Below, piece after piece: positions 57,075 through 64,000 of a stretch of 64,000 nucleotides of DNA. Origin of the DNA: a virus (taxonomy: Duplodnaviria > Caudoviricetes); IMG/VR virus record IMGVR_UViG_3300022555_000003, positions 96,001-160,000 of that record; one strand, given 5' to 3'. Made by a program: the position numbers and the translations under genes. Below the pieces are notes generated by a model that worked only from the letters and a program-made list of their open reading frames with translations, was not told where the DNA came from and made no database searches. Numbering within the stretch: position 1 is the first letter of the stretch; the number at the start of each line of letters is the position of its first letter.

Positions 57075-57183
57075 CTACGGTAAGTTCTTCAGCCCTAAAT
57101 GCTCCACGTACTGAACAAGTAGATATAATCTCTTGAAGCATTTGTAGATCATTTAATGTGATAGGAGTTTCAATGTTTTCCAT
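56995..57183 (-). CDS. Small late protein
   Basis: ATAAATA-N5-ATG; RGAFRAEEL..VGKLYDKL. Confidence 0.55.
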   Translation of the reverse strand: MENIETPITLNDLQMLQEIISTCSVRGAFRAEELTVVGKLYDKLSSFITSSMPPQTEPQPKG

Positions 57184-57702
57184 AATAATATTTATGGCGT
57201 ATTAATTTCGCCTAAAATTTTCGAAAACACCAAAGACAAAAATGTTATGTCGCTATCCATTTCAAATCCCAAAAAAACTTTATCTTTTTTAAACTCATAA
57301 AAAAATCTACCACAGGTATTTGATAATATTTTATTAATCAATAACATTTCAAACGGAAAATTACCATCAAAGAAAATATCTGAATGCGAACTTATATTGA
57401 ATTGTACAGTAGTAAAATGGTTTGGTAATCGATTTACAATTCGAGAATGTGTTATTTCTTCTTGGATTGCCATTTTTTCAAAATCAAATATGAAGCTCCA
57501 CCACAATTGCAAACTTTCTCTGTTAGTTCAACATGAGTCTCTGCAATAAATTCAATCATATCGCTAACACAATCAGGATCACCATCTAAAAATGTCCAGA
57601 TTTTATCTGCAACTGGATCGGGCAATGTCCTTAAAAATTCATATAGTTCAATTGGCATATTATTTATTTCCTGTATATCAGACCACTCTTCATATAATTC
57701 AG

Positions 57703-57776
57703 AGCCACGAGTCGGATTTGAACCGACGAATACGAGTTTTGCAGACTCGCGCCTTACCAGACTTGGCCATCGTGGC
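57703..57776 (-). tRNA. tRNA-Cys(GCA)
   Basis: CGAGT-CTGCAAA-ACTCG; T73. Confidence 0.92.
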
Positions 57777-58442
57777 TTATTACTACTTTAACTTATTATC
57801 AATAATTATGTTATCAGCTATTTGTCGAACACTTTCATTATATCCATTTCCACCACAGTATTTTGCTAGAAAATCATATTCACCTGTGATGCCTGCCCAC
57901 ACTTCTGTGGTTTCAAGAGCATCCATTCTATCTTTATCTGTAAGTAGAAATGTATAAAACAATATCACGCAAATCTTCAACGGTTATTATATTTAATCCG
58001 ATCGTACCAACCTACTATACAGTCTGGATTATTCCCTTTTGGTTTCTGATCTAAATATAATTTAAGTTTATCGGTTGCGTTCTGCCCTGACATAATTATA
58101 TCGGGTATTAATGCCATAGTATTCACCCATTCAATTTGACAGCATCACTACCTGAAGAAAATAATCGACATCCCAAACAGTTAATCGCGTTTTGTCATAA
58201 CATTTAGCATAGTGTATAGGAGCGACAATATCACATGCTTCATGAAATGTGGCGGCTTCAGCTGAACCTAAATATTCTGCTTGGGCACTACATCCGTTTG
58301 TAACGAATCCTTCCATCCAAACTTCCCATACTTTCATACTAGATTCCAATAAGCCAATTTTTAACAATATACCATGCTATTGCTAATCCAATAAAAACTC
58401 CAAGTAATATTAACAAAAACTTATCATATATTTCCTCTCAAA

Positions 58443-58475
58443 TTAGTTGAGCACCCTAATTGAGTGCTCAACTAA
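58443..58475 (-). terminator. Terminator-like hairpin
   Basis: TTAGTTGAGCAC-loop-GTGCTCAACTAA downstream of the VWA gene. Confidence 0.65.
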
Positions 58476-58482
58476 TTATTAT

Positions 58483-59799
58483 TTATTTTGAATCGTACTC
58501 TACAGTAATTCCATGTGGAGCAACAAACCCAGGATTGCTATGGACAACGAAAACTGTTTCACAATATTCTTCTGGTCCAAAGCCATCAAAGGAATAACCA
58601 TCTGTCATCATAATGAAACGCTTAGGCTCAACACCATTTGCAATCATCCAATCCCAATTGCATTGAAAACTAGTGCCGCCACCGCCTTGTGGTTGATAAT
58701 CACCAATGTCATCTAAATTGTCACTAGTGAATACTTGTGGATTATAAACCTGGGTATCAAAGCACCAAATGTGGAGTTTATATGATGTGAACTGAGTCAT
58801 AATGCCTTTGACTTCACCCAAAAAATCCCTAATCATTGATTCAGAAATTGATCCGCTTAAATCAAGCGCAACAGCCACATCAACTTCTTGTTCAACTGTC
58901 ATACCAGGAAGAATAGCATCAACGTCCCAACCTTTTCTTGAAAGGACCATAAAGCTATAATCGCTCAATATTGTTGAATTCAAACTCTGTTGCAAAATTT
59001 CGCGCCAGTTCATTTTCGGTTCAGTGAGATCTTTAATCAAACGCTGAACACCAAGCGGAACATCACCTGCCTTGCATTGCTTGGCAGCATTCAACACTGC
59101 GTCGCGAATTTCATTTTTGATTTCTTTTAGTTCTTCTTTCGACAAGTAAGGCCGACCACTGCCGTCCTTTTTTCCATCACCTTTGTCATTGCCATCAGCA
59201 TCGCTGTCGCCTGAACCTTCATCTTCGCCCTTCATGTGTTCGTCTAAAAGCTGTCCAAACAAATCTGAAATGTCAATCTTTTGTGCATTTTTATAAAGAT
59301 CGTCGTACACTTCTTCTGCGCACATACCAACATACTTTTTGTCCAGCAAGCACGGAACCGAAGTGACCAACTCACCAATTTTGTTGTCAACCAAATCTTG
59401 ATTCACAACATAATCAGCAGCCACGTTGAATAACCGATGGTCGCGAAAATCAACACGTCCCATATGATCGTAGATGCAATGTAGGATTTCATGACCAAAA
59501 AGGAATTCAACTTCAGCTTGCCGAAGCTTCATGATAAATTCGTGATTGTAATAAAAATTTCGCCCGTCCGTTGCTGCGGTACTGCACCACGCATCAGCGG
59601 GTACCATCTTCAACCTGCATACTACGTTTCCAAAAAATGGCTTGTTGAACAACAACGAAACCCTTGACGAAATAAGCCTGTCTTTAACTTGACTTGCAAT
59701 GTTAGCTGGAATGGGCTTATCTGTAAGCTTTGCTTCTTGGTAAGCCTTGCCAGCTTTAGTTGTTTTTCCTACTGCGGTCGTTTTATTTGTTGTGCTCAT
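58483..59799 (-). CDS. Metallopeptidase (HExxH) + VWA domain protein (DUF2201-like)
   Basis: TAATDG, HEILH, acidic linker, MIDAS DLSGS, GGGGTSF, MTDGY. Confidence 0.88.
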   Translation of the reverse strand: MSTTNKTTAVGKTTKAGKAYQEAKLTDKPIPANIASQVKDRLISSRVSLLFNKPFFGNVVCRLKMVPADAWCSTAATDGRNFYYNHEFIMKLRQAEVEFLFGHEILHCIYDHMGRVDFRDHRLFNVAADYVVNQDLVDNKIGELVTSVPCLLDKKYVGMCAEEVYDDLYKNAQKIDISDLFGQLLDEHMKGEDEGSGDSDADGNDKGDGKKDGSGRPYLSKEELKEIKNEIRDAVLNAAKQCKAGDVPLGVQRLIKDLTEPKMNWREILQQSLNSTILSDYSFMVLSRKGWDVDAILPGMTVEQEVDVAVALDLSGSISESMIRDFLGEVKGIMTQFTSYKLHIWCFDTQVYNPQVFTSDNLDDIGDYQPQGGGGTSFQCNWDWMIANGVEPKRFIMMTDGYSFDGFGPEEYCETVFVVHSNPGFVAPHGITVEYDSK

Positions 59800-59855
59800 T
59801 ATGTTCCCTTACTTAACTAGTATAGCAAACCCACCCCACAAACGTCAACCTGTTC

Positions 59856-59970
59856 TAAACTCTTTGTTTTCAACAGCAAATTTGCTGTAAAACGCCGTAT
59901 AATGCATTCTTTGCCCGTACCTGGGGCTAATGTACTACTTGGGCCCAAAGAATTGCTTAAACGACGTCTG
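59856..59970 (+). repeat. 115-bp palindromic element, copy 5 (opposite orientation to the adjacent promoter 59811-59848)
   Basis: TAAACTCTTTGTTTTCAACA, then the 82-bp hairpin at 59889-59970. Confidence 0.85.
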
Positions 59971-59987
59971 TTGTGTCTAAAATCAAA

Positions 59988-60018
59988 AATGGACAGCTAA
60001 ATTAATAGCTGTCCATTT
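59988..60018 (-). terminator. Terminator-like hairpin
   Basis: AATGGACAGCTA-loop-TAGCTGTCCATT. Confidence 0.6.
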
Positions 60019-60057
60019 TAGGTAGCAGGGCCCGCACAACCAGGCCCCACAGGAGAC

Positions 60058-61176
60058 CTACTTATTGCTCACTGCCGCCAAAATATACTTGCCATACCGT
60101 GTATGGAACTCGGTGTACGACTTCATTTTCGAATACTTGAAAGGCAAGCTGTAATTCACAAGTGCCAACCGCGCACCCATAATCACCAACTCAGTATCAA
60201 AGTTATTCATCAGGAAGCTCAGGAAATTTTCGGACATTTCGTTGAACACCTTCTCAGCAACTTTATTTGTGACCGACGTCTTGAGTTCGTAGCAGAGCGA
60301 AATGATCAGCGAATACTTAGCTGAAATTTCTTTAGTTGCAAGCGTGGTCACCTTACCAGACAAAATATCTGTTGGGTTAGGAAGATCTTTTGCAAACTTG
60401 CGGTGCGCCATGAACTTTGACGAAATGCCTTCACCAACTGTACCAGTGACCAAATCGCGGAGCTCGTCATCCTGGATGTCGTTGTCGCCAATGAGCTCGC
60501 TAACGAAGCACCATGAGCGGGGGGTTGCAAATGCGTGACCTGAAGACTTAGGATCAAAATCAAACAAGTCATTCTTTGCGAATGTCAAGTATCCAATAAC
60601 ATCAGTGTTGATGTCGTTGTTTACAGCCCATGCAAACCACGCATCAAAATCATGCCGTACTTCCAAGTGTACAAACCTGTTTGCAAGCGGAGTGGGCATA
60701 CGATAAGTAACACCACGGTCACTTTCACGATTGCCAGCCGCAACAATCAACACGTTGTCAGGCAAAATATACTTGTTGACGCGTCGGCTCAGAACCAGCT
60801 GATATGCTGCCGCTTGAACAGCTGGTGCAGCTGATGTCAGCTCATCTAAAAACAAAACAACATACTTGTATTGCGCCGCAAACTCTGCGGTAGGAAGATC
60901 TACTGGCGGAGCCCAATCCATTTGGCCGGTTTCCTTATTGTAAAACGGAATACCAATGATGTCTGTTGGTTGGCGCGTACCAAGCCGGAAGTCAAGCATA
61001 ACGCTATCGCCCAATGCTTCAGTAATCTGTGCAATTGAATCAGACTTGCCAATTCCTGGTGCTCCCCAAAGGAAAATTGGTCGTTTCTTGCGCAGGCAGC
61101 GTAGAACTCGTGTCTTCGCTTCTGCAATCGTTACCGTCAAGTGCTCAGTCTGTTGTGTTGAATTTTTTACAGCCAT
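60058..61176 (-). CDS. MoxR-like AAA+ ATPase
   Basis: WGAPGIGKS, LFLDEL, AAGNR, PLANRFVH, TPRSW. Confidence 0.9.
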   Translation of the reverse strand: MAVKNSTQQTEHLTVTIAEAKTRVLRCLRKKRPIFLWGAPGIGKSDSIAQITEALGDSVMLDFRLGTRQPTDIIGIPFYNKETGQMDWAPPVDLPTAEFAAQYKYVVLFLDELTSAAPAVQAAAYQLVLSRRVNKYILPDNVLIVAAGNRESDRGVTYRMPTPLANRFVHLEVRHDFDAWFAWAVNNDINTDVIGYLTFAKNDLFDFDPKSSGHAFATPRSWCFVSELIGDNDIQDDELRDLVTGTVGEGISSKFMAHRKFAKDLPNPTDILSGKVTTLATKEISAKYSLIISLCYELKTSVTNKVAEKVFNEMSENFLSFLMNNFDTELVIMGARLALVNYSLPFKYSKMKSYTEFHTRYGKYILAAVSNK

Positions 61177-61205
61177 TTGTGTTTTTAATCTCCTGTTTAT
61201 TTTGC

Positions 61206-61316
61206 TACTCTTTAAGTATAGCAGTTAAGCGGTTAAGTGTCAACCAGTTCGTTTTTTCTTCTGTTGCGCTTTCTACTACTCTTTAAGTATAGCAGTTTGA
61301 GCAACAAAATGTCAAC
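61206..61316 (-). promoter_or_regulatory. Two tandem early promoter cassettes
   Basis: GTTGAC..TGCTATACTTAAAGAGTAG twice; 61277-61316 is identical to 41681-41720. Confidence 0.8.
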
Positions 61317-63082
61317 AAACTAGTAAAATAAAAATCTGTTTGTTTTCAACAACTTGCAAATTATCTAAAATTTTAAATAATTTTATCAAAAATGCTTGAC
61401 ATTTTAGATTTTCAACGATTCTGGAAAACGCATTTTCATTCCTTCTCCAGGAAGTGTACGACCATCATAATCCAAATCAATAACTATTGCCCCACACTTG
61501 GTGCACCATCGCGTAACATAATCTCCATTACGAGTGTGGTCAAAGCTGATTTCTTCTAAACATTCATCATCACAAAATTCAGTGTGGGTCATAATTATTT
61601 CACCCAAATCCAAGATGCTACATACCATAATAATATTAGAAAAAAATCCATCAATTCTGAGATCATGACATGATGAGAATTTAAAATATGAATAGTAGTA
61701 AAATACCCCATAAGCGAAAGTAATGTAACGCCAATACATCGTTTAAAACTAATCATCAATTAAATCCTCTCCTTTCAAATTATGTAGGAATATTTTCCTA
61801 GAGCATCTACCTGTTTCTCGGATTGATTTCCAATCTCTGTCGAAGAAATACAAATCCTTCATTTTCCTGTCTGCAATTTTATTTTTAACAAGAATAGTTA
61901 ACGCAAGTTCTTCTTTTTTGGTTAACGGCTTGTGGTTAAACAATGCAAGAGAATAGTCAAATGATCTGATTTCATAATTTCTTGCTACGCCATTGTACTC
62001 AAACCAACATTGTTTGTTGAGTCGATAATAACCGTCTCGATTAAATATTGGTGTTCTAATCTCTGGAGCACATTCGTGTCCATCATACTTCATCCAATTT
62101 TCTAATGGCAATACTTTAATGTTCATAAAAATAAATAAGAACTAATAACCCAACTGCAACTATACTAATACCAATAATCAATTCAAAAAGATGTTTTTTA
62201 TTGATATTAAAAAATGTTAGTATATTCTTCTTCAAAGTTTCACTATTCATGGTAATTTTATTGCGCCCAATGCAATATCAATACGAAACGAAGTAATATC
62301 TCCTTCATACTTTGGTAAAACTACTTCATCTTCGCGATATACTGTACAAAAAGATGAAGATACCTTGTCTGACGAACACAATCTGATAAACGCTCTAACC
62401 CGATATATTTTTTCATTTGTAAAAACAAGATACCCATTTTCTCCAGGATTAGTAGGAACAGATCTAAGGAGGGCTTCTTCTTCATCTTCTAACTTTATAA
62501 TTTCATCAGTTAGATTACGCTGGAGTTCTACAATTTTATTCTTGCGTGATTTGTACTCGTCAAGTGTCATTTTATGCTAGAGTTACTTCCTCATTGAAAT
62601 CGTCAACAATTCCATTGAACCACAGCCGATTATTTTCAAGCATGGATTCCGAAAAACGAGAATCGTCAGAATCAAGCTTATTAAGCAGGTTCAAATATTC
62701 GTCAGTATCAAATTCTTCAACTTTAAGTCGTTCAACAGTCATTGTATTATTCCTTATTTGCTACTCTTTAAGTATAGCAGTTTGGTTGGTAAGAAGTCAA
62801 CCAATTGTTATTGGAACCAAACACTTATATGAGCCTTCTTCACCTACAGGCCGGCCGAGCGCAACATATGCCCAAGATGCTGCGAGTTGAGCGTGCATTG
62901 CAGCATATCTGCTCACGTCTTGCCAGGGGGTCTGTTTTTCCGAGCGTCTTCAATTCCATAATTGCAGTTTCGCCATATGCTTCTGCATATTTAGCAGCAA
63001 ACGGAATATCTTTAATATTGCAAACTTTTTTTGGTTTCTTCACTCTTTAAGTATAGCAGTTTGATTGCTAGGTGTCAACCAA

Positions 63083-63370
63083 CTATTTAATTTTGGATAA
63101 TGTTCCCATAATGAACCAATTTCCTTGGGAGTTTAGACACACAATTTTCTGCTCATTTTCAATTTTGATAATCTTGCAAGAATCAACAATTGGTTGATTA
63201 TCCACAATAATTACAGGTTGAGGTGATCTAACTATCTCAACACCATAATATGGCCAGTAATAAATGTTTACTCTGGGAGTGGGATAATATCTTGAATGCC
63301 AACCATTGTGCCTAGGACTAGCAAATGCAAATGTAGCACTAACTAATAGTAATAAAATTGCTTTTTTCAT
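63083..63370 (-). CDS. Signal-peptide-bearing small protein
   Basis: MKKAILLLLVSATFAFA; AGGAG SD. Confidence 0.55.
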   Translation of the reverse strand: MKKAILLLLVSATFAFASPRHNGWHSRYYPTPRVNIYYWPYYGVEIVRSPQPVIIVDNQPIVDSCKIIKIENEQKIVCLNSQGNWFIMGTLSKIK

Positions 63371-63592
63371 GTATATTCTCCTTGAAAATTATTTATCATC
63401 TTGAATATGTTTATGAGGTAATCGATATCCACTGCAATAGTTGCACCATGCAGCTCCAACAATTTGATATTTTGCAAACATCACAGTCGCTTGAGCATAA
63501 TCCATCCAAGAAAGCATCCATAAAAAATCATTTTCAGTAATCGTAATCATGTTTAAGTATAGCAGATTGATTAAACGAATGTCAAATATAAT

Positions 63593-63976
63593 TTACATAT
63601 GTCCTAAGCCAGCGTTTTTATAGGCATTTAAGAAGATTTTTTTAGTATTATTGAATTCAATTGGTTTCAATTCTTTTGGAACAGTTTCCCCTGCAATTCT
63701 CCATGCATCGCGTTCAGTATGATTATGTAATCCTACTCTGTACGTTGCAATGTAATGACCAAACTCATGCAATAAAACAGATGCAACTTCACTTGCTTGA
63801 GAATCAGTATTGGTACAATAAATTACAATATTATTACCATCACACCAACCATTTGATAGTGGGTCTTTTCGATTTGGCTTCCTAATTATTTTAACTGAAA
63901 TTTTCAAGCCACGAATAAATTTAATAATTTCTTGCAATTTTTGTTGTTCAGACATATACATATTTATCAACACCAT
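63593..63976 (-). CDS. HExxH metallopeptidase-like (ImmA/IrrE-like) protein
   Basis: NGWC, VLLHEFGH, ERDAW. Confidence 0.65.
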   Translation of the reverse strand: MVLINMYMSEQQKLQEIIKFIRGLKISVKIIRKPNRKDPLSNGWCDGNNIVIYCTNTDSQASEVASVLLHEFGHYIATYRVGLHNHTERDAWRIAGETVPKELKPIEFNNTKKIFLNAYKNAGLGHM

Positions 63977-64000
63977 CTCAATACAAACGCTAACTTATCT

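Noticed and set aside
24144-59970. 115-bp elements or promoter repeats as a CRISPR array
   Set aside because: Copies are dispersed over tens of kb, there is no repeat-spacer periodicity, and no cas genes are present
24144-59970. 115-bp elements as integron attC sites
   Set aside because: No RYYYAAC/GTTRRRY ends, length is invariant rather than variable, and no IntI integrase is in the window
1-64000. Stop-codon reassignment (TAG or TGA recoding, as in some jumbo phages)
   Set aside because: Long genes are intact in the standard code, TAG and TGA end conserved genes at family-typical positions, and no CTA/TCA/TTA-anticodon tRNA was found; only isolated in-frame stops occur (24069, 49931)

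Overview
This 64 kb window looks like part of an AT-rich (about 30% GC by eye) jumbo tailed-phage genome of T4-like type. It has ATAAATA late promoters, about two dozen near-consensus sigma70 early promoters, and 18 tRNA or tRNA-like genes. Genes run almost entirely on + up to 33.38 kb and almost entirely on - after that. Left part: tail/virion proteins; a clpX-rpsU(bS21)-hsp20-clpS module; a glycosyltransferase; NADAR; an RNA ligase; arrays of small Trp-rich paralogs and of pentapeptide-repeat paralogs; and a late cluster of proteins with an M-x-x-x-E N-terminus, including four ADP-ribosyltransferase-like paralogs. Right part: ClpP; an RlmN-like radical SAM enzyme; a Prs-like + Nampt-like pair (NARP1-type NAD+ rebuilding); a release-factor-like protein with GGG in place of GGQ; tRNA clusters with several non-canonical tRNAs; a GC-rich acquired island; a PEP-CTERM protein; and a MoxR/VWA pair. 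The strongest candidates for undescribed systems are (1) a 115-bp fixed-geometry palindromic element present in five copies at gene-end/early-promoter junctions, with signs of inversion, (2) the putatively virion-packaged ART-like array, and (3) eleven self-coupling pentapeptide cassettes. All protein assignments come from motif recognition by eye; no database search was run. Where I moved a start relative to the ORF track, the evidence field says so.
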